DNA of 64,000 nt from assembly GCA_963848295.1 (NCBI GenBank), contig CAWKDB010000010.1, positions 3,296,001-3,360,000 on the forward strand. The letters are read 5' to 3'. The notes below the pieces were generated by a model that did no database searches, was not told the DNA's origin, and saw nothing but the letters and a program-made list of their open reading frames with translations. Shown piece by piece: positions 8,909-19,139 of this stretch. The DNA comes from an uncultured delta proteobacterium (lineage in GTDB: Bacteria; Myxococcota_A; Polyangia; Haliangiales; Haliangiaceae). Position numbers and translations under genes: made by a program. Positions within the stretch are counted from its first letter, which is position 1, and every line of letters starts with the position of its first letter.

Positions 8909-9811
8909 CTACAGGACGAGCGTTCCCTGCGCGAGCTCGATCACCAGGCCGGTGACGTAGATCTCGCGGTCGGCATCGACCCGCAAGCCGAGCCGCGAAG
9001 GGCGCGCGACCGCATCGCCTTGGCGCAGGGTCTCGGCGACCGGCAGCGCCCGCCCGGTCGCGACCATCCAGCCGCCGAGGTTCGCGCATGCCGAGCCGGT
9101 CGCCGGGTCCTCGATCACCGCGCCGTGCGACGTGAAGAAGAACCGCACGACGAGCTCGCCGGTCGCGTCGCGCGCCCAGACGTACGCCATCGCCTCTTCG
9201 CGCGTGTCCGACAGGCCTAGCCGCGCGATCAGCTCCGGCACCGGCCGCACCGCGCGCACCGCCTCGACGGTCGCGAGCGGAATCACGAGTTGCTCGGCGC
9301 CGGTGTTGACCCACAGCGGCTCACCCGCGATCTCGGTCGCGGCGATTCCGAGCATGTGCGCGAGCTCGGCGCGGCTGCCCGCCGGTGGTCGCGTCGTCGC
9401 TGGCCGCGCCGCGCGCAGCGTCCACGTGTCGCCGTTCGCGGTCACCGGCACGATGCCGGCAATCATCTCGAATGTCACGCGGTCGCCGCCGCGCAGCGCG
9501 CGCACCACGTGAGCCGTGCCGAGCGTCGGATGACCTGCGAACGGCATCTCGAAGCCGGGAGTGAAGATCCGGACGCGCGCGTCGGCTCGACCACTCGATT
9601 GAACCGCACCGCCATTCGGCGGCGCTGCCGGCGAGCTGCAAGTCCCCGCCGTCGGGGGCAGCACGAACGTCGTCTCCGACAAGTTCATCTGGCGGGCGAG
9701 CCCCTGCATCTGCGCGTCGGTCAGGCCCCGCGCGTCCTCGAACACGCACAGTGGATTACCCGACAGCCTGTCGCCCTCGATCGCGAACACGTTGACGATG
9801 CGAAACCGCAT
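8909..9811 (-). CDS. PhzF-family epimerase/isomerase carrying a 19-codon insertion
   Basis: GNPLCV, NLSETTF, RIFTP, EMPFAGHPTLG, EDPATGSA. Confidence 0.92.
   Translation of the reverse strand: MRFRIVNVFAIEGDRLSGNPLCVFEDARGLTDAQMQGLARQMNLSETTFVLPPTAGTCSSPAAPPNGGAVQSSGRADARVRIFTPGFEMPFAGHPTLGTAHVVRALRGGDRVTFEMIAGIVPVTANGDTWTLRAARPATTRPPAGSRAELAHMLGIAATEIAGEPLWVNTGAEQLVIPLATVEAVRAVRPVPELIARLGLSDTREEAMAYVWARDATGELVVRFFFTSHGAVIEDPATGSACANLGGWMVATGRALPVAETLRQGDAVARPSRLGLRVDADREIYVTGLVIELAQGTLVL
9594..9650 (+). repeat. 57-bp double-hairpin element, antisense and in-frame within the PhzF-family gene
   Basis: 45/57 identical to the tandem unit at 34333; followed by GTCG. Confidence 0.85.
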
Positions 9812-9895
9812 GCCCTCGTGTAGCGACCCCAGCGCATCCCCACAAGGAGCAGCGCATGGTCTCGACGACCGGTACACGCGGCCGATGCACCGGGA

Positions 9896-10510
9896 ATGCT
9901 CCGTTGGCTCGTGCTCGCGACCGCCCTGACGGGATGCCATCCGTTCGTCGCCGCCGGGTACGACATGTCGACCCGCGTCGGCGGACCGCTGTCGAGCGTC
10001 GTCGCGGCGCCGGCGACGCCGGCCGCGCGCTCGACCACCGCGCCGACCGCGCCGTTGCCGCCGGCCTCGGGCTCGACCTATTCGCTCGCGGTCGGCGGCG
10101 GCGCCAAGAACTTCTCGGTCGAGGCCGGGTTGCAGGCCCAGAACGTGAGCAGCGCGAGCTTCTCGCTGCCGTCGATCAATGGTGTCGAGCAAGGCACGAT
10201 CGTCGATCCGGGGACGCCGCACTACATCACCGCGACGAGCGACTTGTTGGTGAGGTACACGCCGCTGCGGTTCAAGTACTTCTCGACGAACGTCTACGCC
10301 GGGCCCGGCGGCGCGCTCGTGTTCGATCGGACCTCGGGGAATCGCTCGTGGGGTGAAGAGGTGCGGTTCGGCGTCGGGATCTCGACGAACCTGAAATGGT
10401 TCGCGGCGTTCGCGGATGTGTCGCGCACGGTCGTCGTGTTCGCGGACGGCCCGGCGACCGGCACGAGCACGATCGACGGCATCATGGTCGGGCTCGCTCT
10501 GCACAACTGA
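9896..10510 (+). CDS. Hypothetical lipoprotein, beta-rich
   Basis: Lipobox LTGC, coding-like composition. Confidence 0.7.
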   Translation: MLRWLVLATALTGCHPFVAAGYDMSTRVGGPLSSVVAAPATPAARSTTAPTAPLPPASGSTYSLAVGGGAKNFSVEAGLQAQNVSSASFSLPSINGVEQGTIVDPGTPHYITATSDLLVRYTPLRFKYFSTNVYAGPGGALVFDRTSGNRSWGEEVRFGVGISTNLKWFAAFADVSRTVVVFADGPATGTSTIDGIMVGLALHN

Positions 10511-10533
10511 GCGAGTCGAGCTATCATCGGGAG

Positions 10534-11358
10534 GTGCCGGCCACCGTTGTCGATGCGGTCAAGTCGCCGATGCCGTGCGCGTGCAACTGCTACGCGGCGC
10601 TGACGCTCGACGAGCGCGTCGCCGGCATCGAGGCGCTGTATCGGTTCGACGACGCGATGCGCGGTTGGGGCCAGACCGTGATCTGGGACCTCGCGGCGCC
10701 GACGATGTGGCGAGTGCAGCAGCAGATCGGCGCGGTCAAGTGGGTCGCGGTCCGCGACACCGGGTGCTTGTACAGCCGGCTGCTCGGCTTCTGCGTCCAC
10801 GAGACGATCCACGCGAGCTGCGGCGACCCGACGCTGCCGAACTACGGCACCCCGGTCGGGCTGCCCTACGGCGTGCCCGAAGCAGTCCCGCCGAGTGAAG
10901 AGGCCGCGTATCTCCATCCGTTCAATCAGAACGAGGCGCGCGCGTGGGTCGGGCTCGGCGTCGTCGCGTATCGCCTGTTTCAGATCGAATGGACGCTGCT
11001 GCCGGCGCGCGACGTCGGCACGTACGGCTTCGTCGGCGGCAACGCGCTCGTCGATGTGCCCGACGGCTATCGCCGCGTCACCCACTTCGATTCGCAGCAT
11101 CACGCCCGCCGCTACGAAGCGCTCGCCCGCAAGCTCGAAGATGAAGCGCGCGAGTGGTTCACGCCGCAGCGGCTCGACGAGATCGCGGCGAAGTTCGAAG
11201 CGGCCGAGGCGATCGGTCGTGCGCAACGCCCGATGAAATATCCCGCGGCGCGCGAAGTCGCGCGGCTGCGTCCGAAACAGCCCGGGCGCAACGACATGTG
11301 CCTGTGCGGCTCGATGCGGAAATGGAAGCAGTGTTGCGGCGCGCTGGTCGCGGATTGA
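10534..11358 (+). CDS. HExxH protein with C-terminal SEC-C motif
   Basis: HETIH motif and C-terminal GRNDMCLCGSMRKWKQCCG. The GTG start is supported by TATCAT 6 nt upstream. Confidence 0.8.
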   Translation: MPATVVDAVKSPMPCACNCYAALTLDERVAGIEALYRFDDAMRGWGQTVIWDLAAPTMWRVQQQIGAVKWVAVRDTGCLYSRLLGFCVHETIHASCGDPTLPNYGTPVGLPYGVPEAVPPSEEAAYLHPFNQNEARAWVGLGVVAYRLFQIEWTLLPARDVGTYGFVGGNALVDVPDGYRRVTHFDSQHHARRYEALARKLEDEAREWFTPQRLDEIAAKFEAAEAIGRAQRPMKYPAAREVARLRPKQPGRNDMCLCGSMRKWKQCCGALVAD

Positions 11359-11374
11359 GGCTACTGTCCGCGCG

Positions 11375-14131
11375 ATGTCGCGCTTCGCGTTGCTCGCGCT
11401 GATCGCCTGCTCGGCACCTGCGAAGCCCGTCGTCGCGCCAGTTGCGCCGGTCGTCGTCACCGCGCCGACGCCGCCGCCGCCGCCTGCGGCGGTCACGCCG
11501 ACGCAGCCGACGGTGCGCCTGCCGCGCAACTTCGTTCCGACCGGCTACACCGCGACGCTGAAGATCGATCCCGCGATGCCGACGTTCGACGGCTCGATCG
11601 CGATCGCCGGCGAGATCTCGGAACCGTCGGCGGCGATCTGGCTGGATGCGCGCCACCTCAAGATCTCGAGCTCGTACGCTACGCGCGGCGACTCGCAGGA
11701 TCGCGTCGAGCTCGCGATCACGCAGCGCACCGACGAGCTGATCGAGATCCGCCCGGCGACGATCCTCGCGGCCGGCGCGTGGACGCTGCACTTCGACTAC
11801 GTCGGTGAGCTCGACGACGTCGACACGACCGGTGCGTTCCGCGAGGTCGCGGCCGGCGAGCGCTACGTGTTCAGCCAGTTCGAGGCGGTCTACGCGCGGC
11901 GCGTGTTCCCGTGCTTCGACGAGCCCGACAACAAGGTGCCGTGGCAGCTCACGCTCGAGGTGCCCGCGGGCGCGATCGCGGTGAGCAACACGCCGGTCGC
12001 AGCGACCACGGATCTGCCGAACGGCGGCAAGCGGTTCGAGTTCGAGCCGACCAAGCCGCTGCCGAGTTATCTCATCGCGTTCGGCGTCGGCCCGTTCGAA
12101 TTCGTCGACGCCGGCAAGACGACCTCGGGCATCGCGGTGCGGATGATCGTGCCGAAGGGCCGGGCCGCCGACGTCGCGTATCCCGCCAAGACGATCGCGC
12201 GCGTCCTCGACCTGCTCGAAGCCTGGTTCGGTACGGGCTATCCGTTCCGCAAGCTCGACTGGATGGAGATCCCGATCACCGTCGGGTTCGGCGCGATGGA
12301 GAATCAAGGGCTGGTCACTGGAGCCGAGCGCGTCACGCTCGTCGATCAGAATAGCTCGCTCGAGCGCCGCCACCGATGGATCGCGGTCTCCGCGCACGAG
12401 CTCGCGCACCAATGGTTCGGCGATCTCGTCACGCCCGCGTCGTGGGACGACATCTGGCTCAACGAGGGTTTCGCGAACTGGATGGAGGCGAAGATCACCG
12501 ATGCGTTCGAGCCGGCGTGGCACGAGCGACTCGTCGAATGGAAGATGCGCGAGCAGGCGCTCACCGCGGATCGGTTGGTGACCGCGCGCAAGATCCGCCA
12601 ACCGATCGCGACGGCCGACGACATCTTCGGCGTGTTCGACGGCATCACCTACGACAAGGGCGCGAGCGTGCTCGACATGTTCGAGCACTACGTCGGTGCC
12701 GAAACGTTCCGGCGCGGCGTGCGCGAGTACCTCCACGATCGCGCGTACGGCAACGCGACGTCGAGCGACTTCATCGCCGCGGTCAGTAAGGTCGCCGGCA
12801 AGGATCTCGCGCCTGCGTTTTCATCGTTCCTCGATCGTGCGGGGGCGCCGTTACTCGAGGTCAGCGTGTCGTGCGAGCCCGGAGGTGCCAAGCTCGTCGT
12901 TCATCAGCAGCGCTTCACGTTGCCGGGCTCCGCGCCGCCGCCCGCGCAGGGACCGTGGATCGTGCCGATCTGCGTCGCGTTCGAACGAGCCGGCGCGCGG
13001 GCCGAGGCCTGCGGCAAGATCGACGCGGACACCGGCGAGCTGCCGCTCGGCACGACCGGTTGCCCGCGCTGGGTGATGCCGAACAGCGGAGGCCGCGGTT
13101 ACTACCGGGTCGCGCTCAGCGCCGCTCAGCTCACCGCGCTGCGCGACGAAGCGTGGCCGGTGCTGAGCGAGGCCGAGAAGCTGACGCTCGCCGGCGATGC
13201 GCGCGCGCTCGTCGCGGCCGGACGCGTGCCGCTCCAGCTCGCGCTGTCGTTCGCGCCGAAGCTGCTCGCGATCGGCGATCGATTCGCCGCGCAGGAGGCG
13301 CTCGCCCTGCCGCTCGCGCTCGACCGCTTCGTTCCCGACGACCTGCGCGCGAAATACGAGAGCTGGATGCGTCAGACGTTCGGGCCGACCGCGGCCAAGC
13401 TCGGGTTCCGACCGACGGCGAAGGACGACCTCGACAGCGAGACGATCCGCAGCTCGGTCGTCGCCGCAGTGGCGTGGCAAGGCCGCGACCCCGCGCTGGT
13501 CAAGCAAGCGGTCGCGCTCGCGCAGCGTTGGCAGGACTTGCCGCAGGCCGTGCGCGAGCCGGTGCTGCGCGTCGCGGTCGACGCCGACCCCGCGCTGTTC
13601 GATCGCGTGCTGTCCGCGCTGCCGACCGAACCGGATCGCCGGACGCGCACCGACATGATCTCGGCGCTCGGTCAGGTCCGCGATGTCGCACGCCTCGACC
13701 GCGTGTTGCCGTTACTGCTCGATCACGAGCTCGACTTTCGCGAAGCGATGCAGATCCCGACGAAGCCGAAGCTCGATGCGACGATCTCCGCGGCGGGTCG
13801 GTTCGTCCGCGATCATCAGGCCGCGGTGCTCGCACGCATGCCTCGCGACGAGACCAACGCGCTCGCCGGCGGCTTCCTCGCGGTGTTCACCGCGACGTGT
13901 CGAGCCGATCAGCGCACCGAGATCGCCGACTACGTGACGTCGGCGTTCGGCAGCTTCCCCGGCGCGCACCGCGCGATCGCGCAGGCGATCGAGGGGATGG
14001 ATCAGTGCATCGCGTCGCGCGCGACCTTCGAGCCGGCGCTCCGCGCCTGGCTCGGTGGCTCGAGGCTTCCCAAGCCGAAGCAAGAATCGACACCCGGGGC
14101 CAAGAAGCCCGGGAAGCCCGCGCATCATTAG
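11375..14131 (+). CDS. M1-family aminopeptidase N-like lipoprotein
   Basis: ARRVFPCFDEP, GAMEN, HELAH...WLNEGFA, YDKG, ERAP1-like C-terminal region. Confidence 0.95.
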   Translation: MSRFALLALIACSAPAKPVVAPVAPVVVTAPTPPPPPAAVTPTQPTVRLPRNFVPTGYTATLKIDPAMPTFDGSIAIAGEISEPSAAIWLDARHLKISSSYATRGDSQDRVELAITQRTDELIEIRPATILAAGAWTLHFDYVGELDDVDTTGAFREVAAGERYVFSQFEAVYARRVFPCFDEPDNKVPWQLTLEVPAGAIAVSNTPVAATTDLPNGGKRFEFEPTKPLPSYLIAFGVGPFEFVDAGKTTSGIAVRMIVPKGRAADVAYPAKTIARVLDLLEAWFGTGYPFRKLDWMEIPITVGFGAMENQGLVTGAERVTLVDQNSSLERRHRWIAVSAHELAHQWFGDLVTPASWDDIWLNEGFANWMEAKITDAFEPAWHERLVEWKMREQALTADRLVTARKIRQPIATADDIFGVFDGITYDKGASVLDMFEHYVGAETFRRGVREYLHDRAYGNATSSDFIAAVSKVAGKDLAPAFSSFLDRAGAPLLEVSVSCEPGGAKLVVHQQRFTLPGSAPPPAQGPWIVPICVAFERAGARAEACGKIDADTGELPLGTTGCPRWVMPNSGGRGYYRVALSAAQLTALRDEAWPVLSEAEKLTLAGDARALVAAGRVPLQLALSFAPKLLAIGDRFAAQEALALPLALDRFVPDDLRAKYESWMRQTFGPTAAKLGFRPTAKDDLDSETIRSSVVAAVAWQGRDPALVKQAVALAQRWQDLPQAVREPVLRVAVDADPALFDRVLSALPTEPDRRTRTDMISALGQVRDVARLDRVLPLLLDHELDFREAMQIPTKPKLDATISAAGRFVRDHQAAVLARMPRDETNALAGGFLAVFTATCRADQRTEIADYVTSAFGSFPGAHRAIAQAIEGMDQCIASRATFEPALRAWLGGSRLPKPKQESTPGAKKPGKPAHH

Positions 14132-14180
14132 ACGAGGGTTAACGTGTAACCGGCGCGCGCGGACCCGACACGGTGAAGGT

Positions 14181-15629
14181 ATGCGACGCATTCTCCCGCT
14201 CTCGCTCGCCTCGCTGGTCGGGTTGGCCGGCTCCGCGGCGGCGCAATCCGCCGGCAGCTTCGAGCTCGACGAGTTCCGACCCGCGATGGACTCGCGCGGT
14301 TACCTCACGCTCAACGGCTCCGAGCCCCTCGACAACAAGGAGGCATCGTTCGGTCTCGGCTCGCTCGACTGGGGCCATCATCTGTTGGCGGTCGGCGATG
14401 GTGCTTACTCCGTCAACGATGTCGTGACCGCGACGTTGGTCGGCGCGGTCGGCGTGCGGCTCGCCGGCGTGCCCCTCGAATTCGGCGCCTCGCTGCCGTT
14501 GTCGATCATCAGCGGCACGACCGGATCGAGCGACGTCGGTCAGCAAGGGCTCGGCGATCTCGGCCTCCACCTGAAGACGCGGTTCATTCACGCCGGCTGG
14601 TTCGGCCTCGGCGCGATCGCGAGCGTCTACCTGCCGACGGCGTCGCCGAAGGACAGCTTTCTCGGCGACGGTTCGGTCACGCCACAAGTGCTCGCGGTCG
14701 CCGATGGAACGTTCGGCCCGCTGCGCCTCGCCCTCAACGGCGGCATCCGGATCCGCTCCGCCGACACGTTCAGCGCGATGGACACGACGACCGGCATGAT
14801 GACGACGGTCACGACCGCGACCGAGCTCCCGTTCGGCGTCGCGGCGGCGTATGCGATCTCTCCGCAGAAGGTCGATCTCATCGCCGAGCTGTACGGCTCG
14901 ATCCCGCTCGCGACCGAACAGAACTATCAGCCGCTCGAAGCGATGGGCGGCGTGAAGGTCTACCTCGCGAAGAACTCGTACCTGTCGCTCGGCGCCGGTC
15001 GCGGCTTGATTCCCGATCGCGCCGGCAACCCCGACATGCGCGCGTTCATCGGCATCGTGTTCGAACCCAAGCCGGCGGTGCAACGCCACGCGCTGATCGC
15101 GGACGACATCGAGCCGCCGCCGCCCGCGCGGCCTCCGCCGCCCGCGCCCGACACCTCCTTCCACGATCGCGATGGCGACGGCATCCAGGACAAAGATGAC
15201 AAGTGCCCCGACGAGCCCGGCTTCACGCGCGATGACGGTTGCCCCGATCGCGACCGCGTCGTCGACGTCGGTAGCGAGCTCGTGACCCTCGATCCGATCC
15301 AGTTCGAGTTCGACAAGGCGGTGATTCGCCCCGAGTCGTTCAGCATCCTCGACGCGATCGTCGCGACGATGCAGGGCAACCCGGACATCGGGTTGATCGA
15401 GGTCCAGGGCCATACCGATGCGCGCGGTAGCGCGGCGTACAACCTGGATCTCTCCGATCGCCGCGCCGCTGCCGTCGTCGTCTATCTCGTCGAGCATGGC
15501 GTGGCGCACGATCGGCTGATCTCCCACGGCTACGGTTCGACCCAGCCGGTCGACAACCGCGCGACCGAAGAGGCCTACACGAAGAACCGTCGCGTCGCGT
15601 TCGTTATCAAGATTCGCACCGCACACTGA
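14181..15629 (+). CDS. OmpA-family outer-membrane protein (barrel, TSP3-like repeats, OmpA C-terminal domain)
   Basis: DRDGDGIQDKDDKCP, GHTD, YNLDLSDRRA, NRRV. Confidence 0.9.
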   Translation: MRRILPLSLASLVGLAGSAAAQSAGSFELDEFRPAMDSRGYLTLNGSEPLDNKEASFGLGSLDWGHHLLAVGDGAYSVNDVVTATLVGAVGVRLAGVPLEFGASLPLSIISGTTGSSDVGQQGLGDLGLHLKTRFIHAGWFGLGAIASVYLPTASPKDSFLGDGSVTPQVLAVADGTFGPLRLALNGGIRIRSADTFSAMDTTTGMMTTVTTATELPFGVAAAYAISPQKVDLIAELYGSIPLATEQNYQPLEAMGGVKVYLAKNSYLSLGAGRGLIPDRAGNPDMRAFIGIVFEPKPAVQRHALIADDIEPPPPARPPPPAPDTSFHDRDGDGIQDKDDKCPDEPGFTRDDGCPDRDRVVDVGSELVTLDPIQFEFDKAVIRPESFSILDAIVATMQGNPDIGLIEVQGHTDARGSAAYNLDLSDRRAAAVVVYLVEHGVAHDRLISHGYGSTQPVDNRATEEAYTKNRRVAFVIKIRTAH

Positions 15630-15642
15630 TACGATCATCGCG

Positions 15643-16293
15643 GTGAAGCTCGCCGTGCTCGCGTTGGTCGCTGCCGCTTGTGGCGACAACTCGAGGCCGC
15701 CGATCGATGCGGTCGTGCCCGATGCGCCAGGCATGCCGGACCTGACGCTCGTCGCCGCGCAGATGGACGGCACGGTGGCGATCACCGACACCGACTTCAC
15801 CGCCGATGCGTGCGAGCTCGTCGAAGGCTGCATCGGCGATATCGGTACGCGCCGGCTGTTGCGGTTCGACACCGTGACCGCAAACCTCGGCACCGCGGAT
15901 CTCGACCTCGGCCAGGTGCCCCCGCCGGGAGTCAGCGCCGGCATCTTCGTATGGTCGCCGTGTCACATGCACCATCACGTGATGGGCTTCGCTGACTACG
16001 AGCTGTCCGATGCGACCGGCGCCGTGACGACGACCGGCCACAAGCAGGGCTTCTGCATCGAAGACGACGAGCAGATCCAGCAAGACGGACCGAGCCACGG
16101 GTTCAACTGCAACCTCCAAGGCATCACGCGGGGCTGGGCTGATTCGTACGGCAAGGGACTACCGTGTCAGTGGGTCGACATCACAGATGTAGCCCCCGGC
16201 ACCTACACACTGACCGTGACCGTCGACGCGAGTGGCATACTTCCCGACTCGAATCCCGACGACAACTCGTGGACGACGTCGGTGACCTTCTAG
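15643..16293 (+). CDS. Lysyl-oxidase-like domain lipoprotein
   Basis: RRLLRF, WSPCHMHHH, GHKQGFCIED, GWADSY...CQWVDITDV. Confidence 0.85.
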   Translation: MKLAVLALVAAACGDNSRPPIDAVVPDAPGMPDLTLVAAQMDGTVAITDTDFTADACELVEGCIGDIGTRRLLRFDTVTANLGTADLDLGQVPPPGVSAGIFVWSPCHMHHHVMGFADYELSDATGAVTTTGHKQGFCIEDDEQIQQDGPSHGFNCNLQGITRGWADSYGKGLPCQWVDITDVAPGTYTLTVTVDASGILPDSNPDDNSWTTSVTF

Positions 16294-16325
16294 CCATTCG
16301 CGGAGAAACGTGTATCGTGATTTAC

Positions 16326-17528
16326 ATGGGGAAGCTGCCGCTATGCGCGGCGTTGGTCTTGACGTCCGCGTGCGGACGCTGGGGCTTCGATCCGGGCGGC
16401 GGCCCGGGTAACCCTGGGGATTCGCCCGACGCGCTCGGCGCGGCAAGCCCGGACGCAGCGGCGACACGACTACAGTGCACCTCGCCGTCGCGATTTCAGA
16501 TCGGCGCCGGGTCGCTGTCGGCGATCTCGGCCACCGGCACGCAGAACGGGTTCGCGATGTTCACCGTCGATAGTGGCGGCAACCTCGCGGACTGGGAGTA
16601 CGCGCTCGACACGAGCGGCCAGCTGTCGGCGACCGTCTCGAACAACGCGATCGATACGAACGCGAACGGCGTGCTCGGCGTCGCATCGACCGGCTCGACC
16701 GTCCTCGTCGCCTCGCAGTACGGTCGACCGTCGGCGACTGGTACCGCGATCTACGCGTTCGACGGATCGCTGTTGGCGCCGACGGCGGCGGTCTCGCGTC
16801 GCGACGGGGAATACGCGGCGCCGACGTCTCTCGCGGTCAGCGGAGATGGCTCGCAGATCGCGTTCGTCACCGTCGATCCGTCGAGTCTCGAAGCGGATGC
16901 GCACATCCTCGACACGAAAGGCAACGACGTCGGTGCTCCGGCGATGGTGATCTCATCCGCGGCGATGACGAACTACACGTTCGTGGCGCCGGCCGGGCCG
17001 GGCTACGCGATCTCGTACAGCTCGAACGGGATCTCGCCGACCGGCACGATGCTCGAGTTGCTCGACAAGAACCTCAACATCGTCGCCGGGCCGATCGAGA
17101 CCAGTGACGGCAACGACGACGCGTACTCCGCGCAAGTCGCGTGGGCTGCGACTTCGCAGGTCTATCTCGCGTCGTGGCACGAGAAGACCGCCACCGGCGA
17201 CGATGACGTCTGGATCGAGATTCTCGGACCGAACCTCGAGGTCATCGTCCCCGGAATCGACATCGCGCACAGCGCGTCCGATGCGCGCGCCACGACCGAT
17301 GGCACTGGGTTTTGGCTGACGTGGATGGACTACAGCGTGGCGCCAGCCGTGCTCAACGGTGCCTACGTCGCAGCCGATGGCACGACGACGGCGCGACCGG
17401 TGACCGCGATGAGCGGATCGCCGTCGCAGTGGGTGATGATCGATCGAGAAGGCCAATCGATCCTCGTGTGGACCGCTACCGGCGGCAGCGGTGCGGACCT
17501 GTCGTTCGACGCCGAGTGCGGCTCGTAG
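16326..17528 (+). CDS. Secreted beta-propeller-like lipoprotein (CGRxGFD type)
   Basis: Lipobox ending SACGRWGFD, beta-rich repeats. Confidence 0.7.
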   Translation: MGKLPLCAALVLTSACGRWGFDPGGGPGNPGDSPDALGAASPDAAATRLQCTSPSRFQIGAGSLSAISATGTQNGFAMFTVDSGGNLADWEYALDTSGQLSATVSNNAIDTNANGVLGVASTGSTVLVASQYGRPSATGTAIYAFDGSLLAPTAAVSRRDGEYAAPTSLAVSGDGSQIAFVTVDPSSLEADAHILDTKGNDVGAPAMVISSAAMTNYTFVAPAGPGYAISYSSNGISPTGTMLELLDKNLNIVAGPIETSDGNDDAYSAQVAWAATSQVYLASWHEKTATGDDDVWIEILGPNLEVIVPGIDIAHSASDARATTDGTGFWLTWMDYSVAPAVLNGAYVAADGTTTARPVTAMSGSPSQWVMIDREGQSILVWTATGGSGADLSFDAECGS

Positions 17529-17529
17529 G

Positions 17530-19113
17530 CTACTTCAGCTCGAACGACAGCCAGGTGACGAGGCCGCGCTCGTCGAGCAGCACCTGAATCGTCGCGAGTC
17601 CGAAGAGCTTCATCACCGCGCGCGACATCTCGCTCTCGGCGTCGTGCTTGTCCGCGAGGACCAAGTCGAACAGCCGCGCGTAATCGTATTCCATGAACAA
17701 GAGCGGGGCGGCGACCGGCGTGCCGCCGAGGACCTCGACCGCGTCCGCGTCGCTGTTCGCGCCCATCGCGAGCGCGAGTGCATCCGGCTGCGCCGCGAAG
17801 CTGCCCGGGAACCCGAGCAGCGCGGGCAGTGGATGCGGCTTACCGTCGGCGCTCACTTCGATCCCGGGGAGCTGGGACGCGACCAACTTCAGCAAGTCAC
17901 CCGCGTGATCCATCCGGACCACGGCGTAGCCGTCGATCTTCTCGGGCCTCCTTGCGAAGCCGCGCGGCATCTGCAGCTCGTTGACGACGAGGATGCCTCC
18001 GTGGATGCCGGTCGCGTACGGCGGCAGCGGCGCCGCGCCGAGATCGCCGAGGCTCTGCGCGACGTCGGTGGTGCCTTGGAGATGGCAGCGCTTGTCGACA
18101 TCGCGCAGGTACGTCGACAGCTTCGTCGCGAGGTCGCGCGCGCGATCGACGTTAGCGGACACGGCGACGGCGAACAGCGGGCGCTCCTCGAGCAGCTTGT
18201 CGAACCCGGCGAGCGGCGCGGTGAGCGTGCGCGCTTGAGCCGCGAGCTCGGGCGCGAGCTCGAGGACGAACCCCATGGCGATCTTGTGGGTCGTGAAGTC
18301 ATCGTAGCCGAACGTGAGCCGTGGGACCTTCGCCGCGATCTCGGCCACGACGCCCTGGCACCCGGGGTCGATTCCGGCGGCGGCCCCGGCGAGCTGGCCG
18401 ACGCGAGCGAGATCGACGAAGCCGACGCCCTGAGCGGAATAACCGTCGCGCTTCGCGATGTCGCGGAACACGGACGTCGCGATCGACTTCGCCGGCCGTT
18501 GCTCGCCGAGCAACACCGCGAGGTTCGCATCGATGAACGAGTGCGGCCCGACCGAGACGACGAGCTCGGTCTTGCCGAGCGCGATCAGCACGGCCATCGC
18601 TTTGACATCGATGATCCAGTAGCGGCGGTCACCGCGTTGCTTCGGCGCTGCAAGCGGGGCCTCGAATCGCGCCGCGAGTCGGCCGACGAGCGCGAACACC
18701 TTGTCCCCGCTCGTGATCTCGAGCCGCAACACCGGATACGCGCCGACGCCGTACAGCGCGAATCTCGCCTTGGTCGAAAATCCGAGCTCGTCGAATCGCT
18801 TCGCGTCGAGCGGCCCGATCTCGTCGGCGAACGTGCGCCACAGCTTTGCCTGGTCCGTGCCCATCTGATCGAGCACCTTCGACCACATCGGCTTGATCGC
18901 ATCGGACATCTTCGACATGTAGTCGAGCGGGATCGGCTTGAACGTCGCGAACGCGTACGGCGTATCCGACGGAATCGACGCGATCAGCGGGTTGTCCGCG
19001 AACTCGCCATGCGAGCTGGCCCGCACTCCGGTCGTGACGGCCGATGGTTTCCCGCCGCAGCCGGCGATCGTCGCGGTGACGAGCATGAGCGCGAGCGCGT
19101 GACGTCGGATCAT
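17530..19113 (-). CDS. Hypothetical lipoprotein
   Basis: Lipobox IAGC, long open frame with protein-like composition. Confidence 0.7.
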   Translation of the reverse strand: MIRRHALALMLVTATIAGCGGKPSAVTTGVRASSHGEFADNPLIASIPSDTPYAFATFKPIPLDYMSKMSDAIKPMWSKVLDQMGTDQAKLWRTFADEIGPLDAKRFDELGFSTKARFALYGVGAYPVLRLEITSGDKVFALVGRLAARFEAPLAAPKQRGDRRYWIIDVKAMAVLIALGKTELVVSVGPHSFIDANLAVLLGEQRPAKSIATSVFRDIAKRDGYSAQGVGFVDLARVGQLAGAAAGIDPGCQGVVAEIAAKVPRLTFGYDDFTTHKIAMGFVLELAPELAAQARTLTAPLAGFDKLLEERPLFAVAVSANVDRARDLATKLSTYLRDVDKRCHLQGTTDVAQSLGDLGAAPLPPYATGIHGGILVVNELQMPRGFARRPEKIDGYAVVRMDHAGDLLKLVASQLPGIEVSADGKPHPLPALLGFPGSFAAQPDALALAMGANSDADAVEVLGGTPVAAPLLFMEYDYARLFDLVLADKHDAESEMSRAVMKLFGLATIQVLLDERGLVTWLSFELK

Positions 19114-19139
19114 GGGCGCGACATAACACGGATCGATTG

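Noticed and set aside
14181..15629. traB (outer-membrane exchange) gene call
   Set aside because: The architecture is similar, but no TraA-like gene lies upstream, and such OmpA paralogues are common.
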